This document shows, piece after piece, positions 1 through 8,572 of a stretch of 64,000 nt of DNA. Source of the DNA: Thermoprotei archaeon (GTDB lineage: Archaea > Thermoproteota > Thermoprotei > QMSL01 > B3-G16); assembly GCA_021162845.1 (NCBI GenBank), contig JAGGXX010000056.1:16729-80728 (forward strand), in the 5' to 3' direction. Position numbers and translations under genes: made by a program. Each line of letters starts with the position of its first letter. The first letter of the stretch is position 1. The notes under the pieces were generated by a model. It made no database searches. It had not been told where the DNA came from and saw only the letters and a list, made by a program, of their open reading frames with translations.

Positions 1-1
1 T

Positions 2-136
2 ACAATAGCTTCAATAATTCTAATACCACTGCTAGGAGAACTCGCCCTCTTAGTCATCTTACTAGCTTACCTAGCGGTAGCTTCAGTGCTAGGACTACTA
101 GCTTACTTTAATATACCTAAGAACAAGCCAGTCTAA
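2..136 (+). CDS. 3' end of a membrane-protein gene (partial, runs off the window start)
   Basis: Frame 2 reads TIASIILIPLLGELALLVILLAYLAVASVLGLLAYFNIPKNKPV with TAA at 134-136. The tail is strongly hydrophobic and no family is assignable. Confidence 0.35.
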   Translation, partial: TIASIILIPLLGELALLVILLAYLAVASVLGLLAYFNIPKNKPV

Positions 137-687
137 TTTTATAGGAAACTAATAAATTAATGAGTTTATTACTCGCTTAGATATTAAGGAGTTCCAATGT
201 CAAACCAATAAGAGTACATCTGTACTGTAGGGTTTATTGAAGAGATTAAAACCTAAAAGAGGTGTTTCTTAAAAAGGAAAAGGAGGACCTTATAGAGGAT
301 GAGCGAGGTGAAGTACTCACTAGAAGATGTAGTTATTGATGCAGATCTTCTTTCATTCATAAGAGTGAGTGATTGGAAAAAGAGTAAAGGTTTTTTATCG
401 GAGCCTTGTGTAAAACTTTAATAAATTCTATTAATGCTGTTTTATAACGATTGTAATGTTGAGGATAGTGCATGAGAAATAAAAAGGATTGTTGTCTGGG
501 CCTTATTTTATGAACTCATCTGGCTCATGGTTTCGGTAATTATAGGCCTAGCTAAGTACTTAGATGATCATTACAGCACAATATATTCTATAGAATTCAT
601 TAAGGGTCATACTGTAGTGTACTCGGTGATATCGATATGGTTTAATAATGAGTCATCTTTTCTCCTTGGAGAAGTATTAGTAATTCT

Positions 688-948
688 TCATAACCTGAAA
701 GCCTGCATCAATACTTTGTTAAAAATTCGTGTCGGCGGCCCTGCACCCACGCGTCTGAGTGAATAGGAGGCTAGAGCTAGTGGCTCATTTAATCCAGCCC
801 TAGAATAGACAGAGACGAGCTCAACCAGTGTAAGCCTACTAATGACCCGGTTCCTTTCGAGGATCTCGAGTAAATCATGTGCTCTGGAGTGATTTGAATC
901 CAGCTCATCCATATACGATATGATGACGTTAATATCAAGGTATATCAT
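688..948 (-). CDS. PIN-domain (VapC-like) toxin, short and possibly truncated
   Basis: The 86-aa ORF starts MIYLDINVIISY (PIN-like acidic N-terminus), followed by LTLVELVSVYSR. It is only about two thirds of a normal PIN length. It has a 4-nt ATGA overlap with the upstream small ORF. Confidence 0.45.
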   Translation of the reverse strand: MIYLDINVIISYMDELDSNHSRAHDLLEILERNRVISRLTLVELVSVYSRAGLNEPLALASYSLRRVGAGPPTRIFNKVLMQAFRL

Positions 949-1157
949 CTGCTCCGTCCCTCCTCTAACAACTTGCTGAGTCCGCCATGTCTGATCCTGA
1001 GCCCTTCTCTCTCGAACTCCTCGGCCTTCTTATACATGTGATCCCAGAACTCTACTTCTCTAAGAACGCTATTAAGGCCTTTCTCGATCATGATATTGAA
1101 AGCGTGAGATCGGCTACGAGCTAGACCATATCTGATCATCTCATCGACCAGCTTCAT
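945..1157 (-). CDS. putative antitoxin (helical, RHH-like 'SRS' motif) paired with the PIN fragment
   Basis: The 70-aa ORF contains LVDEMIRYGLARSRSHAFNIMIEKGL, which resembles the helix-turn part of CopG/RHH antitoxins. Its ATG overlaps the GH4 stop (ATGA) and its stop overlaps the PIN start. Confidence 0.4.
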   Translation of the reverse strand: MKLVDEMIRYGLARSRSHAFNIMIEKGLNSVLREVEFWDHMYKKAEEFEREGLRIRHGGLSKLLEEGRSR

Positions 1158-2485
1158 GCTTTGAACATCTCCTCTGGTAGGTATTTTGCTTCGGCTTTGA
1201 ACATCTCCTCTGTGAGCTTTCTTATCTCCTCTATGGTGAGTAGGCTGCTCGTAAGCGGGTCCACGAGTAGAGCTTGGAATACCCTCTCTTTGCTTCTCTC
1301 CGCTATCGCCCTGACGGCTAGTTCCTGTACGTTTATGTCCATCCTATTCAGGGCGGCGCACTGTGGTGGTAGGCTTCCTACGTAGCATGGGTGTACTCCT
1401 CCTTCGTCTACGAAGCATGGGACCTCGACTATGCATCCGTTGGGTAGGTTTGTTATGAGGCCTGTGTTCTCGACGTTGCCGTAGATCTTAGTCGGGGTGC
1501 CGGTCTCCATGGCGTATATTATCTGCGCGCAGTATTCCCTGCTCCTGCGCAGTGGTATGCGCTCGCCTTTCTCCAGGATCTCCCGTAGTCTCTCATCTTG
1601 TGCGGCTCTCGCTTTCTCATGCCTTTCAAGTCTCATGGAGGAGCTTAAGACCCTGTATTTCTCGATGAGCTTGAGGTTCTTCCTGAAGTATGGTAGGTAT
1701 TCCGAGAGGTGATTGCTGGATTCGCTCACGTAGTATCCCAGCGCTTTGAATATCTCTACCCTGACTAGATCGTAGTACGCTGGGTGATTGGGATCCTCAT
1801 ATACCGCGGGGTCGCTAAGCTTTTCCCTGAGCAGGGGGTATGCATCCTCCCCGCGCCATTTGAACTCTATGAACCATGCCATGTGGTTTATGCCAGCGGC
1901 TGTGTATGATATCTCGTCGGGTGGGGCGTCTATGTACCTCGCGAGTAGGTTCGCGGTGCCGGGTATGCTATGGCATAAGCCGACGAATTTGACCTTCGTG
2001 AGCTCCTTAACGGTCCAGCATAGTATGGCCATGGGGTTCGTGTAGTTTAGGAGCCATGCATCTGGGCAGAGTTCCTCCATGTCGTGGCATATCTCCAGTA
2101 ACGCGAAGCCGTTTCTCAGCCCATAGAAGACACCCCCGGGTCCAATGGTATCCCCGACGCCCTGCTCGATGCCATACTTAGCTGGTATCTCCAGGTCTAG
2201 GTGCGTGGCCTCCATGCCCCCAGCCCTTATAGATGTGACCACGTAGTCGGCATCCTTAAGCGCTTCACGCCTATCGGTCGTGACCTGTAGGTTTATGTCT
2301 ACTTTATTTTGCTCAGCGACCATCTTGACGAGTCTGGCCGTGAATTCCAGCCTTTCCTTATCTATATCCATTAAGCTCAGCGTCAACCCCCTAAGCTCGG
2401 GGTAAGACATCAGGTCTATGGCTAGGCGCAGGCCGAATACGTGGCTGCCGGCACCTATTAGCACTACCTTAGGCTTGCTCATCAT
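1154..2485 (-). CDS. glycoside hydrolase family 4 (NAD+/Mn2+-dependent alpha-glucosidase/alpha-galactosidase type)
   Basis: The 443-aa ORF has a Rossmann N-terminus KVVLIGAGSHVFG and the NYTNPM and GLCHS motifs typical of GH4. An SD-like GGTG lies about 8 nt before the ATG. Confidence 0.85.
   Translation of the reverse strand: MMSKPKVVLIGAGSHVFGLRLAIDLMSYPELRGLTLSLMDIDKERLEFTARLVKMVAEQNKVDINLQVTTDRREALKDADYVVTSIRAGGMEATHLDLEIPAKYGIEQGVGDTIGPGGVFYGLRNGFALLEICHDMEELCPDAWLLNYTNPMAILCWTVKELTKVKFVGLCHSIPGTANLLARYIDAPPDEISYTAAGINHMAWFIEFKWRGEDAYPLLREKLSDPAVYEDPNHPAYYDLVRVEIFKALGYYVSESSNHLSEYLPYFRKNLKLIEKYRVLSSSMRLERHEKARAAQDERLREILEKGERIPLRRSREYCAQIIYAMETGTPTKIYGNVENTGLITNLPNGCIVEVPCFVDEGGVHPCYVGSLPPQCAALNRMDINVQELAVRAIAERSKERVFQALLVDPLTSSLLTIEEIRKLTEEMFKAEAKYLPEEMFKA
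1158..1212. repeat. pair of 19-bp perfect direct repeats at the GH4 3' end / antitoxin start junction
   Basis: GCTTTGAACATCTCCTCTG occurs at 1158-1176 and again at 1194-1212. It encodes the duplicated C-terminal EEMFKA...EEMFKA of GH4. Confidence 0.95.
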
Positions 2486-2630
2486 ATTACACCGAGGAAA
2501 GGTTTACCCAGGCCAATTAAGATAAAGCTAACTGCCTTGGCATGCGCATGATCCATTCATTTAGGCGAGGGAACTCAGGGATCCTGAGGCGCACTAACCA
2601 TCACATAGGTGAGATTAAGGTCCTCTGGTG

Positions 2631-3641
2631 CTATTTCCGCTTGGGGACTATACCTCTGACCTCCTTAATGGCTTCGATCATGGTCTTCCATGCGGTCTCG
2701 GGATCTTCGCATGAGAGCTCTGATCCCTCTTCTGCCCTGAAGCTCCACGTAGCTATTGCGTCCGCCCCGAGCTCCACGGCCTTGATTACGCTCCTGCGTA
2801 TGTCAGATTCGCGTTTCCTCGGTATCCTTATGAGCTCCACCCATATCTGGCTCTTCAGGTTCGCCTTCTTCGAAACCCCTATGGCCCTCTTGACCCATTC
2901 TACGAACCAATCGAAGGGCCTATTAGACCAGATCCAATATGGATCCGTTGAGAACACGTCTAGGTTCTTAAGCTTCAGGACCGGATCCCAGGAGTATATC
3001 CCGTGCCTGCCAGTGTGTTCGGGCATGAGACAGAGTATATTTAGGAGCCCCTCGTCAAGCTCGCGGACCTCGGAGGTCAGCTCGTCCAGAAATCCGAATA
3101 CCGACTTCTGCCTGAACTCCCTGATGTCCCTGGTCAAGGTGTTAGGCATCTCATATCCGTATTCCTCGCGAAAGGCCTTCCTACAGGCGGGGCATCTGCA
3201 CGTCCAAGCCTCAGGCCAGTCCCTAGGGGCGATGAACGATGGTTCATCCCAGAATACGCCATCTGGCTTAAGTCTATCGACCATCTCCCTGACCCTCTCT
3301 TTAAGCCATTTACGGTAGTTCGGGTTATTGGGGCATCCCCTGATCGGGTATATCCTGCCCTTGTTATCCACCTCACACCATTCGGGGTTCCTCGGAACCG
3401 CTATGCTGAAGTGGCCTGGAACGAAGAACCCGAACCCGTGGACATCGATGAATACGCGTAGGCCAAGGTCATGGGCTCTATCGACTATGAACTTCTTGGC
3501 TTTAGCCAACCTGGGCCACTCGCGTTCGTTGATGCAGAGCGTTATGGAGGTGAAGCCAGCTTCGGAGATCTCCTTTAGGTCACCCTCTATATGGTTAGGA
3601 TACTGACATCCATAATAGGCCACGCTAATGTCCCAAACCAA
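2631..3641 (-). CDS. glycoside-hydrolase-like TIM-barrel protein (GH42-like motifs, short)
   Basis: The 336-aa ORF has a TTG start. CPNNPNYRKWLKERVREMVDRLKPDGVFWDEP and the Cys cluster CRCPACRKAFREEYGY resemble the catalytic barrel and Zn-Cys cluster of GH42 beta-galactosidases. The protein is only about half GH42 length. Confidence 0.6.
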   Translation of the reverse strand: MVWDISVAYYGCQYPNHIEGDLKEISEAGFTSITLCINEREWPRLAKAKKFIVDRAHDLGLRVFIDVHGFGFFVPGHFSIAVPRNPEWCEVDNKGRIYPIRGCPNNPNYRKWLKERVREMVDRLKPDGVFWDEPSFIAPRDWPEAWTCRCPACRKAFREEYGYEMPNTLTRDIREFRQKSVFGFLDELTSEVRELDEGLLNILCLMPEHTGRHGIYSWDPVLKLKNLDVFSTDPYWIWSNRPFDWFVEWVKRAIGVSKKANLKSQIWVELIRIPRKRESDIRRSVIKAVELGADAIATWSFRAEEGSELSCEDPETAWKTMIEAIKEVRGIVPKRK

Positions 3642-3898
3642 GCCCTCACACCACCGTGATACGTCATTAAGGATTAATGATCAGTGAAACGGTTAAATAA
3701 ATTCCTAAATGGACGTAGGGTGAGGGAACCCTCAAAGCTGGGCTCAGTCCCATGTAGAGGTAGGCATACAGCACGAGGGAGAGAGCTGTAGCTGTTATAC
3801 TCGTTCTTCCTTAGCATCTAAGTCATATCCATGCTTGGGAGGCCATGGACGTAATGCTTTTAATTTCGCATCCCAGCATTATCTCTGGGTCGTGACCC

Positions 3899-4501
3899 TT
3901 GGGTTTAAAGGAGGAGTTCTTAAGCCTTCTCGAGAGGGATAGGGAATTCCGTTATGCGGTGATTGGCCTACTGGGTCTCGAGGATTTGAGGTCATCCGTG
4001 AAGACGTTAGCTGATGCTATTGCCGAACTCATCGAGGTCCAGAGAAAGTCCGAGGAGAGGTTAGGTAGGCTTGAGGAGTCCCACATAAAGCTCATCGATA
4101 GATTTGAGGGTTTATCCAGAGAAATGGGTAGGTTATCCGAGACCATAGGCTTTAGCCTCGAAGATATCGCTAGAGCAGTCGTCCCGGGATGGCTATACAG
4201 ACATGAAGGTATAATTGTTAAGGATCTCGTAAGGAAGTTCTTTTACATTGAGGGTACAGAGATAGAAGTAAACCTGTATGGGGAAGGTATAAGGAACGGC
4301 AAAAGGATCATCATACTGGGAGAGGTTAAGTCCAGGATATATAGGAGCGATGTGGAGAAGTTCTATGAATCTGTGGAGAGGATCGCAAAGGCCGTTAGGG
4401 AACCCATTTATCCGCTCATGTTCGCGTTTTATATACATCCATCAGCCGAGGAGGAGGCTAGGGTTAGGGGGATAAGGCTCATAGCCTCTTACATGAGATA
4501 G
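3899..4501 (+). CDS. coiled-coil (DUF3782-like) plus PD-(D/E)xK nuclease-fold protein
   Basis: The 200-aa ORF has a TTG start. Its N-terminal half is a heptad-like coiled coil (EEFLSLLERDREFRYAVIGLLGLEDL...). The C-terminal part has IILGEVKSR, an E-x-K restriction-endonuclease-like core. Confidence 0.5.
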   Translation: MGLKEEFLSLLERDREFRYAVIGLLGLEDLRSSVKTLADAIAELIEVQRKSEERLGRLEESHIKLIDRFEGLSREMGRLSETIGFSLEDIARAVVPGWLYRHEGIIVKDLVRKFFYIEGTEIEVNLYGEGIRNGKRIIILGEVKSRIYRSDVEKFYESVERIAKAVREPIYPLMFAFYIHPSAEEEARVRGIRLIASYMR

Positions 4502-4675
4502 CGGATCTTAGCCTTAGCATAAGGAGAACTGTTCCTCATGAATTTCGTGAGGCATGAGATTCCACGAAGGGAACACCCCATATCCGAGGAAGAGTACTCT
4601 CTCATTGGGGGGACTTCAAGTACTCATAGGGCTCTGAGGTGAAGTTAGCGTTTTATCTACGGAGCCCGTGCCGGA

Positions 4676-5233
4676 CTATCGCGTCTCTGAGGCCTCTCTA
4701 ACCAAGTTAATGTAGAATGGTAATACGATGAAGATGGAAATGAGCTCAGGTATGGCAACGCCTCTTGGGACGTCATATGAGTAATGTATGCCCCAGGCCG
4801 CTATCCCGAGGATGAGGAGGGGTATCGGTAATATGGTTCTCTTCGTCACGGCGTATGTTATCAGGAATACCGCAAGAGATAGGAAGAAGATCACAGAGAC
4901 CACAAGATGTAGGGGTCCATAGACCTCGTCGAACACCGCGATGAGTATTAGGCTGTAGCTGGCAAGGCTGAGGGCCGTGGATAGTGCTTTGCTGATCCTG
5001 GAGATGTGGCACATGCTCACCATGCCTATGAGGAAGCCTCCAAGGCTTAGCCCTAAGTTGAATAAGGGGGCTACGTTGCTCCTTGTAGCGTGTCCTAGAT
5101 CGCTTAAGGCGTTATCGAGTGCGTTGAACCATGGAGCATTGATGATCGATATTGCGATAAACGCTAATGGGATAAGGGCTGATAGGAGGCCGAGAGCCAT
5201 GAGATAGGAGCAGTACACCCTCGTGGAGGTCAC
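4676..5233 (-). CDS. multi-pass membrane protein, DUF998-like
   Basis: The 185-aa ORF has about 6 hydrophobic helices. The motif NALSDLG after the first helix is characteristic of DUF998 as I recall it. Confidence 0.55.
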   Translation of the reverse strand: MTSTRVYCSYLMALGLLSALIPLAFIAISIINAPWFNALDNALSDLGHATRSNVAPLFNLGLSLGGFLIGMVSMCHISRISKALSTALSLASYSLILIAVFDEVYGPLHLVVSVIFFLSLAVFLITYAVTKRTILPIPLLILGIAAWGIHYSYDVPRGVAIPELISIFIVLPFYINLVREASETR

Positions 5234-5496
5234 GTCTCCTCACCTATGTGTTATAAAGGATGACGTATTGCACCTTAAATGTTATCTTGCCTTTGAACGT
5301 GTCTCTTAGGCATGGGCCATTTTATGGATCGTATATCGGTCGGTTTAACCTAGGCGAATGATAGGGAGAAGGGATCGTAGGTGACATCGTGCATGTTTAA
5401 GGAGCCTAGTTATCGGACACTCTATCTGGATCTTCGTTGACTGAGTAAATGCGTTAGTCGAGGTATTGCCAGTAGTAAGGGTCATCATTCGTACTT

Positions 5497-5533
5497 CGAA
5501 AAAGGAAAAACAGACGCCTTCGTTTTGCGAAGG
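5497..5533 (-). terminator. hairpin plus T-tract downstream of the radical-SAM gene
   Basis: On the minus strand, CCTTCG-CAAAA-CGAAGG (plus coordinates 5517-5533) is followed by CGTCTGTTTTTCCTTTTTCG. It lies about 45 nt after the stop at 5578. Confidence 0.4.
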
Positions 5534-5577
5534 AATGCATCTCAAAGGGGCCTTAAGGAGAATCATTCATGAATTGA

Positions 5578-6756
5578 TTAAGCGTAATGAACAAGTTCGT
5601 TGAGCAGATCTTTTTTACCGAGGATTTTTCTCAATTTATTATGGTGTAATTTTAAGGCCCTTCTGATAATTCTAGGGTACCTCATGAAGTGCTCTTCATG
5701 TAGTACATGGATATTAGGTAATGATTCCCTCGACCTGACTAGGCGTTCATACAAGGTCTCCCGTATGGAATGAGGTGCTTTGATGTATTGGCTTTGACAG
5801 CAGTCGGCATCGTGACTGGAGAGGTTAAGCCATAGGCCGTTCTTGCATATGGTCATGATCCTGCCGTATCTAGAAATCACGGCGTGGAGTTCTTGAAATA
5901 TCTCTCTTCTCCATTCGAGGTTTGGGCGGAGGAGTTCGGAGTCACTGGATGAAGGGACGTAGGGCTCCCACTTGAACTCGATCAAGTACTCCTCAGGGTC
6001 CTTCCTTAATGCCTTTGCCACTTTAATTAATCCGTCTCTAGTCTCCCTTAGGGGTTCCACGATTATACCTAAGGATCCGTGATCCAATGCCTTTCTAGCG
6101 GCTTCCAGCTGAGGACGCTCAATCCCGGGTATCAGCGGCTGTAACCTAGCTATTACGGGGACGTCGTGTCCTTTCAAGTACTCGATGAGCTTTAGGCGTC
6201 TTTCAGGCATTGGGGCGTTCGGCTCTAAGGCCTTTGAGATCTCGGGATCTGTTGCCGTTAAGCTTACCTGTACCAATACAAGGTTCTTATCAGCGAGCCT
6301 TAAGAGCTCGTCAATCCATGGACTCTTACCTATTAGATCGGATTTAGTATTTACGATTAAGGGGACCTCATGCTTATGTGCGATTCTCATTATGTTAAGC
6401 GATGTGCGATGCCTAGCCTCCAGCTGCTCTTGGAATGGCTCCGTTAAGGTGGAGAGGCGGAAGAATGGGGGAGGCAAATCGACATTCCTCAGGCTATTAG
6501 CGAGGCGTTTCCAGGCCTCTAGGATCTGTGGGCTCGTCAATGGGAGGGGCTTCCTATACCATCTGGCGTAACAGAATACGCAACTATAGGTGCATGAAGT
6601 ATACGGCTCTATCCTGAATATCGAGTAACACAATGAACTTATCGTGATGCTTGGCTTTATGGCGAAGAAGGGCCAATCGATCTTCATCAGCATCCCATAT
6701 GATAGGGCCCTTAAGGGTAGGATTTCTGACGGAAGTTCACCCTCCCTTCTTCTCAA
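5578..6756 (-). CDS. radical SAM protein (SplB / 'DNA repair photolyase'-like family)
   Basis: It carries the CX3CX2C cluster motif CTYSCVFCY. The longest ORF overlaps the upstream gene by 20 nt. An internal Met at about 6693 (MLMKIDWPFF) would remove the overlap and is an equally plausible start. Confidence 0.8.
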   Translation of the reverse strand: MRRREGELPSEILPLRALSYGMLMKIDWPFFAIKPSITISSLCYSIFRIEPYTSCTYSCVFCYARWYRKPLPLTSPQILEAWKRLANSLRNVDLPPPFFRLSTLTEPFQEQLEARHRTSLNIMRIAHKHEVPLIVNTKSDLIGKSPWIDELLRLADKNLVLVQVSLTATDPEISKALEPNAPMPERRLKLIEYLKGHDVPVIARLQPLIPGIERPQLEAARKALDHGSLGIIVEPLRETRDGLIKVAKALRKDPEEYLIEFKWEPYVPSSSDSELLRPNLEWRREIFQELHAVISRYGRIMTICKNGLWLNLSSHDADCCQSQYIKAPHSIRETLYERLVRSRESLPNIHVLHEEHFMRYPRIIRRALKLHHNKLRKILGKKDLLNELVHYA

Positions 6757-8077
6757 GGATAACTAAGTGTACGGCATACGGGCTCGCCGAGACATAGAGG
6801 GAGCCGCCATCAGGTAATGGTTCGAGGTCATGATGATCATCTACCGCTAGGATTTGTGATATCTCATATCCCCCTATGCTCACCGTATACTTAACCTCCG
6901 AATCCGCAAAATTGCTAACTAGGAGGAGAATTCTACCATCAGGAGATAGGCCTGCGGCGGCTATAAGGTAGTCCTTATGCACGCTAACCGATAACCTTGT
7001 GGTGTTAAGCAGTTGTTTATAGGCCAACCATACGTAGAATGGTTTACCAGGTGTTCCGGTCGCATAGAATAGGCCTCCCCAATTCCACGCATCTCCTCTA
7101 TAAAGCGTGGCGATATCAACGGGAGCATCCTGCAGTAAGATGAGCACGGCGGCTTGGAACGAGGCGACCTTAGTATCCCGGAACACATCCCACGGTCCCT
7201 TCTCGACCCAGTGGTTCCACTCATCCAAGACGCTAGGGGCATCCCCGAAGCCGTGTCTCTCCATCACACTATGTACCTCTTTTGCTTTTTCGACTACTTT
7301 ATAGGGATCGATAGCATATATATGCCAGGAGACGAAGTCCAAGGGGAGGTCATGGGATTTGACATAGCCCAAGAACCCATTTAGAAACTCGATGTCATAA
7401 GCTATGGTGGGACCGCCTACTTTGGCGTTGGGATTAACTTCCTTTATCGCCTTAGCTAATATCCCGTAGAGTTCGAAGTATTCTTCAGGGGTTCCAGCCC
7501 AGAATCGCCCTGTATCGGGCTCATTCCATATCTCCCATAGGATGTTGTCGTAGTGATAGCCATCCGCCCATCCCCTAGTATAATGGAGGACTATGTGTTT
7601 GACGACTTCAGTTAGCTTATCCAGGGGGAGGTGGGATGAGTTCTTCGGGGGATCGTTCCAATCGTACCCTATCCTGAATATCACGGTATCAGCGACCTTA
7701 AACGCAGCCTCGATATACTCATCCAATTCGTCGAAGTCATAGCTCTCGGGCCTGCTTGGATCCGCGTTCGGATCGGGGAATATGTAGTCGAGTTCGTCGA
7801 AGGGATAGAAGTCATGGAACCTTATCACTCTTATGCCCAATTCGAGATACCTCCTCGTGAGGTTTAGCGTTATCTTCTTATCCCATCCACGGGGGCTTAA
7901 CGGCCCACAATTAACGCCCCTTAGATCCTTAAACCTGCCCAAGGTCTCAGTTAAATTGACCTTTATTTCGATAGTTCTTCCCATATGTCGTCTACTCCAA
8001 TAATAGATACCGAGGGTCAGGAAGATTATAACCAGTGTGCATATCCCTAGGAGCAGGCGAAGAACGTGCGCCCTCAT
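6737..8077 (-). CDS. membrane-anchored clan GH-A glycosidase, GH39-like
   Basis: An N-terminal TM helix is present (LLLGICTLVIIFLTLGIYYW). WEIWNEPD is the acid/base NEP motif. HDLPLDFVSWHIY and LDEWN resemble GH39 beta-xylosidase signatures. Confidence 0.7.
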   Translation of the reverse strand: MRAHVLRLLLGICTLVIIFLTLGIYYWSRRHMGRTIEIKVNLTETLGRFKDLRGVNCGPLSPRGWDKKITLNLTRRYLELGIRVIRFHDFYPFDELDYIFPDPNADPSRPESYDFDELDEYIEAAFKVADTVIFRIGYDWNDPPKNSSHLPLDKLTEVVKHIVLHYTRGWADGYHYDNILWEIWNEPDTGRFWAGTPEEYFELYGILAKAIKEVNPNAKVGGPTIAYDIEFLNGFLGYVKSHDLPLDFVSWHIYAIDPYKVVEKAKEVHSVMERHGFGDAPSVLDEWNHWVEKGPWDVFRDTKVASFQAAVLILLQDAPVDIATLYRGDAWNWGGLFYATGTPGKPFYVWLAYKQLLNTTRLSVSVHKDYLIAAAGLSPDGRILLLVSNFADSEVKYTVSIGGYEISQILAVDDHHDLEPLPDGGSLYVSASPYAVHLVILEKKGG

Positions 8078-8121
8078 AGCATTTAAATCCAGCCAGGATA
8101 GAGATAACTTTTGCCCTCATA

Positions 8122-8148
8122 ATATATCTCCCCAGGAGAAGGATATAT
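8122..8148. promoter_or_regulatory. pair of oppositely oriented TATA-like boxes (divergent promoters)
   Basis: ATATATC (8122-8128) and GATATAT (8142-8148) are exact reverse complements. One faces the GH39-like gene (start 8077). The other lies about 30 nt upstream of the candidate sRNA C box. Confidence 0.35.
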
Positions 8149-8176
8149 ACCCGCAGGTGGTTCTTGTTTACTGTAG

Positions 8177-8233
8177 ATGATGAGTACTACCGGGAGCTTA
8201 GCAGGGGGAGATGCTGAGCCGAGATTACGCTGA
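8177..8233 (+). ncRNA. candidate C/D-box sRNA
   Basis: The layout is: AUGAUGA C box 8177-8183; 13-nt spacer; degenerate D' CUUA 8197-8200; 10-nt loop; degenerate C' AUGCUGA 8211-8217; exactly 12-nt spacer; CUGA D box 8230-8233. Total length is about 57 nt, it is intergenic, and a TATA-like box lies upstream. The internal boxes are imperfect and no terminal stem is present. Confidence 0.35.
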
Positions 8234-8307
8234 GGTGCTCTCTTTCCTAGAAAAATATAAGCATGGTATTAATTCTTAGAGCTTAGGTCGTTTCACGAAA
8301 AGGCTAT

Positions 8308-8572
8308 ATGCTTAGATTTCCCACTGGGAAATTGAGATATAAGCTAAAGGTGGACTCGAAGGGGCGCATACTTCTACCCCGCGAGGCCAGAAGCGAATTG
8401 AGTGAATGTAGTTATTCTCAAGAGGACAGAGGAGGGATTTACATTGAGGCGAGGCAGGTCGATTAGCTTCCTCGAGGAATTCAAGGAAGTAATAACTTCA
8501 GAGCCTCCAAGAAGTGGCAAACCTGAGAATTGGCCCTCCTTGAGAATGAAGGGAATATGGGTGACTTCTTAG
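8308..8572 (+). pseudogene. vapB: AbrB/SpoVT-type VapB antitoxin gene with a frameshift
   Basis: The ATG at 8308 opens MLRFPTGKLRYKLKVDSKGRILLPREARSEL..., and VDSKGRILLP is the SpoVT/AbrB loop. This frame stops at 8464-8466. The +1 frame continues with SISFLEEFKEVITSEPPRSGKPENWPSLRMKGIW, a typical VapB C-terminus, ending at 8570-8572. Confidence 0.6.

Noticed and set aside
527-766. The 79-aa plus-strand ORF overlapping the PIN fragment.
   Set aside because: It has no motif, overlaps the better-supported minus-strand PIN-like ORF, and lies in AT-rich DNA where spurious ORFs are common.
2542-3318. Long antisense ORFs opposite strong genes. Examples are 2542-3318, 6185-6571, 21407-22048, 24508-24906, 31791-32135, 52857-53219 and 55061-55420.
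   Set aside because: Each lies entirely within a longer ORF on the other strand that has clear family motifs. Their translations are Ser/Leu/Arg-rich, low-information shadow frames.
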